64,000 nucleotides of DNA from assembly GCA_050010555.1 (NCBI GenBank), contig JBEKKV010000001.1, positions 36,525-100,524 on the forward strand. The letters run 5' to 3'. The notes below the pieces were generated by a model, which was given only the letters and a program-made list of their open reading frames with translations, ran no database searches and was not told where the DNA came from. The translations under genes were made by a program, and so were the position numbers. This DNA comes from Dehalococcoidia bacterium (GTDB lineage Bacteria; Chloroflexota; Dehalococcoidia; DSTF01; JALHUB01). Shown piece by piece: positions 9,390 through 20,717 of this stretch (its first letter is position 1; each line of letters opens with the position of its first letter).

Positions 9390-10510
9390 CTGTCCACCTC
9401 GCCGAGAACGATGTCCACGGAGCCGAGGATGACGACGGCGTCGGCGACGTAGTGCCCGACGATCATCTGCTTCAGCGCCGTCAGGTTGCTCAGGCAGGCG
9501 GAGCGGATCTTCAGCCGATAGGGCTTCTCGCCGCCCTTGGACACCAGGTAGATGCCGTACTCGCCGCGTGGGTTCTCCGTGCGCATGTAGACTTCGCCGG
9601 GGGGCAAGCGCAGCCGTCGCGGCGCCTTCTCCGGCATGATTGGCCCGTCCGGCATCTGCTCCAGAGCCTGCTCGACGATGCGCACGGACTGCCGCATCTC
9701 CTCCATTCGCACCAGATAGCGGTCGTACACGTCGCCGTGGGTGCCGGTTGGGATGTCGAATTCGAAGCGGTCGTAGATGGAGTAGGGGTCGTTGCGACGC
9801 AGGTCGAAGGGGAGGCCGCAGGCGCGCAGCATCGGGCCGGAGAGGCCGTAGTCGATGGCGTCCGGCCGCGAGATGACGCCGATGTCGCGGCAGCGCGTGA
9901 TGAATATCTCGTTCGTCGTCAGCAGCCGGTCGATGTCGTCGATGCCGACGCGCGTTTGGCCGCAGACCCAGCGGACGCGCTCCTTGAAGTCGGCGGGCAC
10001 GTCCCAGACGACGCCGCCGGGACGGAAATAGCCGTACATCATGCGGTCGCCGGTCAAGGCATCGAAGATCTCCTGGATGTACTCGCGCTCGCGGAAGGCG
10101 TAGGTGAACGCGGTGCCGTATACGCCGGTATCCGTGGCGAAGGCGCCGATGAACATGTAGTGGCTCGTGATGCGGTTCAGCTCCGAGAGGATGATGCGGA
10201 TGTACTGCGCGCGCTCCGGCGGCTCCAGGCCGGCCAGCCTCTCGACCGCCATGCAGTAGCACATCTCGGCGTTGAACTGCGCCAGGTACTCCGTGCGGTC
10301 CTGGTAGATGAGGCCCTGGCGGTAGTCGACGTTCTCGGAGAGCTTCTCGGCGCCGCGGTGCATGTAGCCGATGTGCGGCACGACGTCGACGACCCTTTCG
10401 CCGCTGACGGTGAGCACCATGCGGAAGACGCCGTGAGTCGCCGGGTGCTGCGGCCCGACGTTGACGTTGATATCGATCGTCTCAAGCTTGCGTTCCTGCT
10501 CCGTCACCAT
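9386..10510 (-). CDS. nuoD: NADH-quinone oxidoreductase subunit D
   Basis: From ATG 10510; NVGPQHPATHGVFR, GYMHRGAEK, DRTEY, ENPRGEYG, C-terminal DIVLGEVDR; lacks NiFe-hydrogenase CxxC pairs. Confidence 0.94.
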   Translation of the reverse strand: MVTEQERKLETIDINVNVGPQHPATHGVFRMVLTVSGERVVDVVPHIGYMHRGAEKLSENVDYRQGLIYQDRTEYLAQFNAEMCYCMAVERLAGLEPPERAQYIRIILSELNRITSHYMFIGAFATDTGVYGTAFTYAFREREYIQEIFDALTGDRMMYGYFRPGGVVWDVPADFKERVRWVCGQTRVGIDDIDRLLTTNEIFITRCRDIGVISRPDAIDYGLSGPMLRACGLPFDLRRNDPYSIYDRFEFDIPTGTHGDVYDRYLVRMEEMRQSVRIVEQALEQMPDGPIMPEKAPRRLRLPPGEVYMRTENPRGEYGIYLVSKGGEKPYRLKIRSACLSNLTALKQMIVGHYVADAVVILGSVDIVLGEVDR

Positions 10511-11133
10511 CAGCCGCCGCTCTCCCCAGACGGGCCTTCCGGCTCGCCGCCCTCGCCAGCGATGCTTTCGTAGCCGGCGGGTACATGCCCGACGTTCGCC
10601 GCCGCAGCGCCCAGACGCGATCCTTGCCACTCTTCCACCTGCGCCAGGGGGTTGTCCTTGCGCAGCGGGTGGTGGTCTGTCATGTCGTCCGGAAGCAAGA
10701 GCGGGACGGGATTCGGGTGCCCTTCGAAGACTATGCCGAACATCTCCGCCGTCTCCCGCTCCAGCCAGTCGGCGCCTTTCCAGACGGACGCGGCAGACGC
10801 CACGCGCGGGTCGTCCTGCGGCAGGCGCGTCTTCAGCGTTACGCCGTGACCGTGGGTGAACGAGTAGAGCTGGTAGACGACCTCGAGCCCCGCTTCTTCG
10901 TGGTCGACGCCGAGGAGGCAGCGCAGGTACTTCAGGTCGAGCTGCGGGTCGTCTTTGGCCGTGCGCAGGACTTGCAGGACGTCTTTTCGGTCGATGGTGA
11001 GCATGACGTCGACTGGGCCCTGCGACGCGACGAACTCGATGTCGGGCAGAGCTTCGCGGAACAGGTCGGCGATCGTGCCGGGCTCGGGCGGGACGATCGG
11101 GGCCTCCTGCGGCCCTTCGTGCGGAGCGGTCAT
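10510..11133 (-). CDS. nuoC: NADH-quinone oxidoreductase subunit C
   Basis: [27 protein letters not shown]; operon position. Confidence 0.9.
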   Translation of the reverse strand: MTAPHEGPQEAPIVPPEPGTIADLFREALPDIEFVASQGPVDVMLTIDRKDVLQVLRTAKDDPQLDLKYLRCLLGVDHEEAGLEVVYQLYSFTHGHGVTLKTRLPQDDPRVASAASVWKGADWLERETAEMFGIVFEGHPNPVPLLLPDDMTDHHPLRKDNPLAQVEEWQGSRLGAAAANVGHVPAGYESIAGEGGEPEGPSGESGG

Positions 11134-11714
11134 CCGATGTTCCTCCGCTCACGCATGATCATGTCCTGGAGGCAGATCAGACCATCGATGAGCGCCTCGG
11201 GCCGCGGTGGGCAGCCGGGCACGTAGACATCGACGGGGACAAGCTTGTCAACGCCCTGCACCACGCGGTCGTAGCGCGTGTAGGGGCCGCCGTTGGTGGC
11301 GCAGGAGCCCATGGCAATCACCCACTTGGGGTTCGGCATCTGCTCGTACAGCAGCTTGACGGAAGGCGCCATCTTCTTCGTCACGGTGCCGGCGACGATC
11401 ATGACGTCGGACTGCCGCGGCGACGCCCAGGGCACGATGCCAAAGCGGTCGAGGTCATGGTGCGACATGTAGGCGGACATCATCTCGATGGCGCAGCAGG
11501 CGAGCCCGAACGTCATTGGCCAGAGGGAGGACTTGCGCGCCAGGGCGAGGACGTAGTCGGCAGGCGCCTGGACGATTCCGGGCAACACCTGCCGGTAGAA
11601 GGCGTGAGGGCGCTCGACCTGCACGGGGCGCAGGCGCTCGGCCTCGCGCTCCAGGCTTGTCAGCGGGTGTGGAGTCGTCGTCGTGTCGCCCCTGTCGATC
11701 TCTTCTACCGCCAC
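11130..11714 (-). CDS. nuoB: NADH-quinone oxidoreductase subunit B
   Basis: [45 protein letters not shown]. Confidence 0.95.
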   Translation of the reverse strand: MAVEEIDRGDTTTTPHPLTSLEREAERLRPVQVERPHAFYRQVLPGIVQAPADYVLALARKSSLWPMTFGLACCAIEMMSAYMSHHDLDRFGIVPWASPRQSDVMIVAGTVTKKMAPSVKLLYEQMPNPKWVIAMGSCATNGGPYTRYDRVVQGVDKLVPVDVYVPGCPPRPEALIDGLICLQDMIMRERRNIG

Positions 11715-12070
11715 TCCAGCGCTCCCTTCTTCCAGGCGTAGATCAGGCCGGCGCCCATGACGGCGAGGAAGAGGACCATCTCGAAGAAGGCGGCTTTGCC
11801 CACGCCGACGAAGCTAACGGCCCAGGGGAAGAGGAAGACGGCTTCCGCGTCGAAGACAAGGAAGAGGATAGCGTACAGGTAGTAGCGGATGCTCATCTGG
11901 GTGCGGACGCGGCCAATGGGGAGCATTCCGCACTCGTAAGGGGTTGATTTCGCCTTCGAGGAAGAGAACGGCGCTAGAATCCTGGCGGAGATGAGGGCGG
12001 CCAGGACCATTCCCACGCCAATTCCCACAGCCAGAAGGACGGCCGCGTAGTTATTCCAGAGGGTTTGCAA
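11705..12070 (-). CDS. nuoA: NADH-quinone oxidoreductase subunit A
   Basis: TTG start; [38 protein letters not shown]. Confidence 0.93.
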   Translation of the reverse strand: MQTLWNNYAAVLLAVGIGVGMVLAALISARILAPFSSSKAKSTPYECGMLPIGRVRTQMSIRYYLYAILFLVFDAEAVFLFPWAVSFVGVGKAAFFEMVLFLAVMGAGLIYAWKKGALEWR

Positions 12071-12112
12071 AAGATCACCGCTATGAGAAAAGTGCAGGCA
12101 ACCTACGCCGGA

Positions 12113-12141
12113 ATGCTATCAATGGGCGAATTTAGGGTCAA
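12113..12141 (-). promoter_or_regulatory. Sigma70-type promoter of the nuo operon
   Basis: Minus strand TTGACC, 17 nt spacer ending TGA, TAGCAT (extended -10). Confidence 0.7.
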
Positions 12142-12192
12142 TTATTCCGGAATCGCGGCTCTCCCCAGCGGGGAAGGTGGTTGCCCGACGGG

Positions 12193-14883
<2,691 letters not shown>

Positions 14884-14972
14884 GGCTCTCTCGCGGTGTG
14901 ACGGACGCGACGAAACGCCTCGGCGAAAGCGGGCTCACGAACGGGATCCCGGGCCGAGGACGTGGTAGGCAT

Positions 14973-15001
14973 AGGATACGGGGCGCCAATCGTAGGGGCA
15001 A
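14973..15001 (-). promoter_or_regulatory. Putative sigma70 promoter of valS
   Basis: Minus strand TTGCCC-N17-TATCCT. Confidence 0.55.
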
Positions 15002-15045
15002 GAGCGAGGGCCAGGCCGTGCGAAGCGCCCGCGAGTAGGGCTGGG

Positions 15046-15918
15046 CTAGTGGCCGATCGGCCAAGAGGCTGAGTCCTCTTGGCCTCGGGCATCACGCCAG
15101 TGGGTGTCAATTCGAAAGGCTGCGCTCGGGTGGCTAAAGTGACGGAGGCGGACACGGAATCTGTTGCCAGGGGGCATGATGTCCACCGGGAAAACGCCCT
15201 CATCCCTCAAGCAGATGTTGCCAGCGTTTAGGGTTTCATAGGTGACATTGAAGACGTCTGAATCCCCGTCGTTTTGAAATAGAAGGTAGTAATCATAGGC
15301 GCTTCTTCCCTGGGCTGGTTCGGATGTGAGGCTCACCTGGACGCGACCCGGCCGATCGGGCAAGAGATGGAACTCCTCAGCAAAGCCTGGTTGGCGCGCG
15401 AAGAGTTCGCCGATCTGGTGGCGGGTGAGCGGCGTCACGGTTCGTGAGGATCTACCCCAGGCGGTGCCTTTGTGGAAGTGAGGCGCACGGGGGCTCCTAG
15501 GGATTCTGACGATCACGAAACCTAGCGCAGCATCCGATGGCGACGTGACGGATGACGTCTGAACCGTCAAGGGACCGTCGAGGGCTTGCCGGGCAACGAG
15601 CTCAATTCGCTCTGGGGCGCCCGCAAGGGTAATAGGATGGAGAGCGGCGGCGCGCCCTTCGTCATCCTCTTCGATTCCGTAGATAAGGGTGCCACCGTCG
15701 GAATTTGCGAAGGAGGCTATCGCTTTGGCGATAGGATCACTGTGCCCAGCCTCAGGCAACTGCTGCTTGAATTCCAGGTGGTCGGACTCCTCAACGCGTT
15801 CGGCGACGAGAAGCTCAACGTGAGCGAACTTGGAAGGCGCTTGGGGGTCAGACGGATCCGGTTGTGGGGACTCGGGCGCGGGTCTGTCGTCGCTAGCACT
15901 ACTATCTTCGTCGTTCAA
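15046..15918 (-). CDS. Schlafen/AlbA_2-domain protein with a C-terminal Ig-like beta domain
   Basis: EESDHLEFK...IAKAIASFANSDGGTLIYGIEE and VRIPRSPRAPH match AlbA_2; C-terminus has YLLFQNDGDSDVFNV and HWRDARG; visibly more AT-rich than its neighbours; start codon uncertain (TTG). Confidence 0.8.
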   Translation of the reverse strand: MNDEDSSASDDRPAPESPQPDPSDPQAPSKFAHVELLVAERVEESDHLEFKQQLPEAGHSDPIAKAIASFANSDGGTLIYGIEEDDEGRAAALHPITLAGAPERIELVARQALDGPLTVQTSSVTSPSDAALGFVIVRIPRSPRAPHFHKGTAWGRSSRTVTPLTRHQIGELFARQPGFAEEFHLLPDRPGRVQVSLTSEPAQGRSAYDYYLLFQNDGDSDVFNVTYETLNAGNICLRDEGVFPVDIMPPGNRFRVRLRHFSHPSAAFRIDTHWRDARGQEDSASWPIGH

Positions 15919-15944
15919 GGTAGAATGGCCTCATTTCAAAGAGG

Positions 15945-15960
15945 GCCACGCCCCCGTGGC
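15945..15960 (-). terminator. Possible weak terminator hairpin after ferritin
   Basis: GCCACG/GGGG/CGTGGC on the minus strand followed by CCTCTTT. Confidence 0.35.
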
Positions 15961-15983
15961 GACTTAGGCGCGCCGCGTTGCCG

Positions 15984-16499
15984 TTATTGAGCTTGCGCGG
16001 GTGGCGGGACGAAGACCCGTAGGGCCAGCTCGCGGTCCAGCATCAGCAGACCGGCGCCGTCGCTGCCGATGAGCCTCAGGTTGCGCAGGACCCGGTTCGC
16101 CGACTCCTCTTCCTCCACCTGCTCGTTGACAAACCATTGCAAGAACGTGCCGGTCGCGTGGTCGGACTCGGCGGCGGCGGCGCTGGCGAGGGCGTTGATG
16201 AGCCCGGTCACCTTCTGCTCGTGGGCGTAGACGTCGGAGAAGGCGTGCTCCGGCGATTGCCATTCGGTCGCCGGACCGTCGATCGGCGCGAGGACGACGC
16301 GGCCGCCGCGACTGCTTATGAAGTCGAAGATCTTCAGGCCGTGCATCTGCTCTTCCTGGAACTGGACGCGCATCCAGTTGGCGAAGCCGTCGAGGTCCAG
16401 GGACTCGAAGTAGGCGCTCATGGAGAGATAGAGGTAGGCGGAGTAGAGCTCCGCGTTGAGCTGGGCGTTCAGCCTCTGCTGCATGTCGTCACTGAGCAT
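15984..16499 (-). CDS. ftnA: Non-heme ferritin
   Basis: From ATG 16499 (SD AAGGAGG); NAELYSAYLYLSM, EEQMH, HEQKVT, LQWFVNEQVEEE ferroxidase motifs. Confidence 0.93.
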   Translation of the reverse strand: MLSDDMQQRLNAQLNAELYSAYLYLSMSAYFESLDLDGFANWMRVQFQEEQMHGLKIFDFISSRGGRVVLAPIDGPATEWQSPEHAFSDVYAHEQKVTGLINALASAAAAESDHATGTFLQWFVNEQVEEEESANRVLRNLRLIGSDGAGLLMLDRELALRVFVPPPAQAQ

Positions 16500-16521
16500 A
16501 AGTCCCTCCTTGCCCGCGATT

Positions 16522-17442
16522 TTAGCTTGCCCGCGACTGACGCGCCTCGCCGGCGCTCCTGGCGAGCGGCAGCGCATGGTTGTTGGTCTCGCCGTTGCGA
16601 GCGCGGGCGACGAGGAAGAGCAGCGGAAAGGTCGCCCGCTCCAGCAGCATCTGCACGACGCGCGCCCGCCCGGGAGAGAGGCGCCCTTTCCAGGAGGCGA
16701 TGAGCAGGTCGCAGTCGGAATCGGCGGCGTAGCGGATGATCTCCTCACCCGGATCGCCGACGCGCAGGGCGACGACCATGTTAGCGTTTCGCGGCACGCC
16801 GGCAACGGCGAAGCTGCTGCGCAGGAACTCGTCCTGCCAGGCTTCGAGTTCGTGGCGCGGATCGTCGAGGAAGACGGGCGAAGCGGGGGCGCGCGCCGTC
16901 TCCGGGTTGGAGTCGACGACGTGGAGCATGAGCAGCCGCGCGTTGGAGCGCGAAGCGAGAATGGACGCCTCTTCGACCGACAGCGTCGACTCGAAGTTGC
17001 CGTCGAGCGGGATGAGGATGCGCCGCAGGTGCTGCAGGCGATGGACCTGGGTGCCGGCGTCGAGGGCGGAGCGCAGGACGAACACGGGACAGGGCGGGTT
17101 CTGGAGGACGTGCAGGGTGACGTGACCGGCCGGCTCGTCGAGGTTGCCGCCTTCGCCGTGGCTGGACATCAGTATCGCTCCGGCGTGGATCTCCCAGGCG
17201 ATGCGACGGATTGTCTCCGCAGGATCGCCGGTGGCGTTGATGAGAGTGATCTGCGTCTGCCATTCGTCACCGAGGTTCAGACGCGCCGCCGTTTCTTCCG
17301 CTGTGAGCGGCCGCGGCGATACGTAGAGCACCTGGATATCATTCTCCTGTAACTCGGCAATCGCCTCCGCTACCCGCAGCGCTTTCTCTGCCGGCATGGA
17401 CCCGTCGAGCGGGACCAGCAGCGGCGCAGTCTCAAGTAACAT
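16522..17442 (-). CDS. Tandem universal stress protein (two USP domains)
   Basis: From ATG 17442; LVPLDGS...ILMSSHG...CPVFVL and ILIPLDG...GDPGEEII...DLLIASWKG. Confidence 0.85.
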   Translation of the reverse strand: MLLETAPLLVPLDGSMPAEKALRVAEAIAELQENDIQVLYVSPRPLTAEETAARLNLGDEWQTQITLINATGDPAETIRRIAWEIHAGAILMSSHGEGGNLDEPAGHVTLHVLQNPPCPVFVLRSALDAGTQVHRLQHLRRILIPLDGNFESTLSVEEASILASRSNARLLMLHVVDSNPETARAPASPVFLDDPRHELEAWQDEFLRSSFAVAGVPRNANMVVALRVGDPGEEIIRYAADSDCDLLIASWKGRLSPGRARVVQMLLERATFPLLFLVARARNGETNNHALPLARSAGEARQSRAS

Positions 17443-19681
17443 CGGAGTCTCCCTTTCTGCCGATGGCCGACCAGAAGGTGACGGCGGGGTCGTAGCTGAA
17501 AGACTGCCAGTGGCCGGGTTCAACCAGGCGCTCCTCCATGTTCACGCGCACACGCGCCGGGGCCCCATCGATTCTCACCTCCATTACTGATTTGGCGCCG
17601 ATCCGAATGTCAACGCGGCGCTTCTGCCAGAGGAACGAGTATTCCAGATTGTCGGTGCCGCTGGGCAGGAAGGGGTCGAAGCTGATGCTTTCGGCGTTGA
17701 ACTTCAGCCCGGCCAGGCCGAATGCTACCGTCTGACGGAGCGCGCCCAGCGAGCCGATTCGCACGCCGCCGGCAGCGCCGCGGAAGGGGGGCACCATGTC
17801 GATGCCGATAGACTGGTCGAGGTACTTGCGGCAGAGGGCGTCGTCGCGGATCCAGGCAGCGATAAGGGCGTGGATCGGCGGGCTGAGGGAACTCGTGTGG
17901 GCTGTCATCGGCTCATAGTAGGCGACGTTCTTGCGCGCCGCAGCCTCTGTCCACAGCTCCGGCAGGAGGCGTATCGCCATCAGGACGTCGGCCTGCTTGA
18001 CGGCGCGCATCCGCTGCACTGCTTCGTGGCCGACGGCGATGTCGAGCGGGACGCCCGCCCGGAGATAGGACGCGACGTCGACCGGCTGCAGGCTGAAGAA
18101 GCCGTCGAACTGCTCCACCAGCTCGTCCTTGAGGAAGGTGCTGCGCTTGATCCGCTCGCCGACGCGCCGCCACTCCTGCGGATCGTTGGGTTTGATGTGA
18201 AGCCGTTTCATCAGCGACTCGGCCGCCTCGGGGTCCGACTCCCGCAGCTTCGTCGCGTAGGATTCTGCTTCGAGGAGCGTCCAGCGGGCCATCCCGTTGG
18301 TGTAGGCGTTGTTGTCGACGCCCTCGTGGTACTCGTCGGGGCCGATGACGCGTCGAATCGAATACAGGTGGTCGGAGGGCGAGACGCGGCTGTGCCAGAA
18401 GCGGGCGCATTCGAAGAGGATCTCGCCGCCGAAGTCGCGCATGAAGTCGTCGTCGCCGGTCGCGCGCCAGTACTCGATAACGGCGTAGGCGACGGCGGAG
18501 GTCACGTGGTTCTCCTGCTCGCCGTTCAGCACGCGCACCGCGGAGCCATCGGGAAGGGCGACGAAGTCCGGCGTGCGGTCCTCGCCGGTGTCGGTCGATT
18601 CCCAGGCGTACATGGCGCCGCGGTAGCCGAACGATTTCGCGCGATGACGGGCGGCATCGAGCGTGCGGTAGCGATAGAGAAGGCAGGAACGCGCCGCTTC
18701 CGGCCAGAGGAGCGAGAGGAAGGGCAGGATGAAGAGCTCTGTGTCCCAAAAGACGTGCCCGTGATAAGCGATGCCCGACAGGTCGCGCGGGCCGATGGAG
18801 CTGAGGCCGTCGTTCACGGTTGCAGAGGACATCAAGTGATAGCTGGCGAAACGGAGCGACTGCTGCAGAATGTCGTCCCCCTGGATCTTCGTATTCGCCA
18901 GCGACCAGCGGTCCCGCCACACCCGTTTGTGTTCGTCCGCCAGCTTCTCCCAGGAAAGGTCGTTTTTCTGATTGGGGCGCTGCTCACGCGCGATGACCTC
19001 GCTCACCAGGTCGAGGACCAGCGGCTGGTTGATGTTTACCTCCGCCGCTATCGAAGACTTCGTCAGCAGCGCCGGCTTTCCGTCAACGAAGAGCCACGTC
19101 TTTGCCCACGTCTGCGGCTCCGTCGTCGGTGGCTCTTCCTGGGCGGGCCAGTGCAGCGGCGACTTGTCGGCGACGTTCGGCAGAGCAACGACGATCTGTT
19201 GCGGCCCTTCGCCAGTCTCCAGCGACAGGACGAGCCGGTAGAGGTAGAGCTCCGGCCGGGAGGCGCAGGCCAGGCGTTGCGAGCGCCAGAGCCAGGAGCG
19301 GCCATGACGGTCGGTGAAGGACCAGGTCCGGTGGAGGGTAGCCTCACGCATGTCCAGTTTTCGGGAATGCGAGTTGGTGCGGACGCTGGACATGCTGAAG
19401 TTGAGCGTCTCCGCGCTGACGAAGAGCGTCGAAGGGTCGGGGAGGGTCAGCAGCGTCTGGCCGGCGGGCCCGGAGGTCGGGACGAAGACGCCGGCGACGA
19501 TGATCATGGGGTTGGACGCCGGGTTGCCCTCTTCCAGCGCCGCGCGAATGCCGAATTGGCCGTTGGCGACGGCGAAGACGGCCTCGGCGCCGCGCTCGTT
19601 GAGCGGGTCGAACCCTTCCGCGACGAGCGCCCAGGACTCTTCTTCGCCCGCCATCAGCTCACTGGTAGTGTCGACTGCCAC
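17432..19681 (-). CDS. Glycoside hydrolase family 65 protein (disaccharide phosphorylase)
   Basis: VANGQFGIR, YHGHVFWDTE, GAMYAWES, VIGPDEYHEGVDNNAYT (catalytic Glu), KQADV, SSLSPPIHA. Confidence 0.9.
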   Translation of the reverse strand: MAVDTTSELMAGEEESWALVAEGFDPLNERGAEAVFAVANGQFGIRAALEEGNPASNPMIIVAGVFVPTSGPAGQTLLTLPDPSTLFVSAETLNFSMSSVRTNSHSRKLDMREATLHRTWSFTDRHGRSWLWRSQRLACASRPELYLYRLVLSLETGEGPQQIVVALPNVADKSPLHWPAQEEPPTTEPQTWAKTWLFVDGKPALLTKSSIAAEVNINQPLVLDLVSEVIAREQRPNQKNDLSWEKLADEHKRVWRDRWSLANTKIQGDDILQQSLRFASYHLMSSATVNDGLSSIGPRDLSGIAYHGHVFWDTELFILPFLSLLWPEAARSCLLYRYRTLDAARHRAKSFGYRGAMYAWESTDTGEDRTPDFVALPDGSAVRVLNGEQENHVTSAVAYAVIEYWRATGDDDFMRDFGGEILFECARFWHSRVSPSDHLYSIRRVIGPDEYHEGVDNNAYTNGMARWTLLEAESYATKLRESDPEAAESLMKRLHIKPNDPQEWRRVGERIKRSTFLKDELVEQFDGFFSLQPVDVASYLRAGVPLDIAVGHEAVQRMRAVKQADVLMAIRLLPELWTEAAARKNVAYYEPMTAHTSSLSPPIHALIAAWIRDDALCRKYLDQSIGIDMVPPFRGAAGGVRIGSLGALRQTVAFGLAGLKFNAESISFDPFLPSGTDNLEYSFLWQKRRVDIRIGAKSVMEVRIDGAPARVRVNMEERLVEPGHWQSFSYDPAVTFWSAIGRKGDSDVT

Positions 19682-20574
19682 TGAAGTATCTCCGCAAACG
19701 TTCTTGGGCCGCCGGCGAGCTTGATGACCGGCTCCGGCACGCCGGCCGGCTCCGGCCCGACGGAGATGAAGGCGGCGTTTTGGGCCTCGGGGATGAGCAT
19801 GCGCGCGTCGCTGCCCGAGAACCCGCCGACGTCTCCGAACTCGTCGCCGGCGACTAGCACATCATCGTTTTCGATGGCGTTTTCCCGCGCCACGCTCTCG
19901 AACAGCCAGACAAGGGAATCGCCCTTGTCCGTCAAGCCCACTTCCACGTACTTGCCGTCGCTGGTTATGCGCGGCCGCGCCAGGCCTGCGCCGCGGGCAA
20001 GCTCGGCGGCAAGCTCTATCACGTCGCCGATCTCCGCGAAGCCGGCCGCGCGGACCCGATCCCTGGTCGCGGCGATGAGGTCGCTGATCTTCGCTTTCGG
20101 CGGGTCGGCCCATTCGGGGAGCGGGATCAGATCGACCTTGCGGCGATTCAGGCGCTGGTAGATGATCACCGTCTCCAGCCCTCTCGCCCGTAGCTCTCGC
20201 TGGAGCTCCTCGGCGGCGGCAGTCAGTTGCTGCTCTTCGACGGCGCTGGCCACGCGGCCGTAGACCTGGCGGCGAACGCCCGCCGCGTCGTAGGACCAGA
20301 CTTCGGAGCCGCGATTCGTGCAGACGACAAGGTTCTTCGCTCGCGCTTCCGGCGAGAGCAGCAGGAGCGACTGGTTCTCCAGGTTCTCGACCTTGGTGCC
20401 TGTTACCGGCGCTATCCAGACGCCGCGAAGGAGAAGCGCCTCCAGCGCGCGGTTCAAGTCGGGCACGGGCGTCTGGCGGTCGGGTACAGCCGTGCCGTCC
20501 CAGTCGAATATGATGAGCTCGAAGCGACGGTGCAGGGCTTGAGGCAGACTGTCCACTCTGCTTGGGCTGGTCAT
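19654..20574 (-). CDS. HAD-superfamily phosphatase (IIB-like)
   Basis: IIFDWDGT motif I, VTGT motif II, TDKGD, VAGDEFG...GSD motif IV. Confidence 0.75.
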   Translation of the reverse strand: MTSPSRVDSLPQALHRRFELIIFDWDGTAVPDRQTPVPDLNRALEALLLRGVWIAPVTGTKVENLENQSLLLLSPEARAKNLVVCTNRGSEVWSYDAAGVRRQVYGRVASAVEEQQLTAAAEELQRELRARGLETVIIYQRLNRRKVDLIPLPEWADPPKAKISDLIAATRDRVRAAGFAEIGDVIELAAELARGAGLARPRITSDGKYVEVGLTDKGDSLVWLFESVARENAIENDDVLVAGDEFGDVGGFSGSDARMLIPEAQNAAFISVGPEPAGVPEPVIKLAGGPRTFAEILQWQSTLPVS

Positions 20575-20647
20575 GGTCCCTCTCCTAAGGACCTCCCGGG
20601 CGCGCCTGCCGCCCCCGAGAAGGACATGGCCTTCGGCTATTTGCGCT

Positions 20648-20656
20648 ATGATACCA
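20648..20656 (-). promoter_or_regulatory. Extended -10 element for the HAD-GH65-USP-ferritin operon
   Basis: Minus strand TGG-TATCAT, flanked by a GCCTTCG/CGAAGGC inverted repeat. Confidence 0.5.
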
Positions 20657-20717
20657 CGAAGGCGAACGAAGGCGCTTCGGGGCCGTTTGATCTCGCGGCG
20701 GCCGTCGGCTAGGCTGG

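Noticed and set aside
9386-11714. Group 4 NiFe hydrogenase reading of nuoB/C/D
   Set aside because: NuoD lacks the CxxC nickel ligands at both ends and keeps the quinone-site His and Tyr residues
14884-15045. T-box riboswitch upstream of valS
   Set aside because: No GGTGGxACCGCG T-box or specifier stem; only ACCGCG is present, and the predicted leader is under 90 nt
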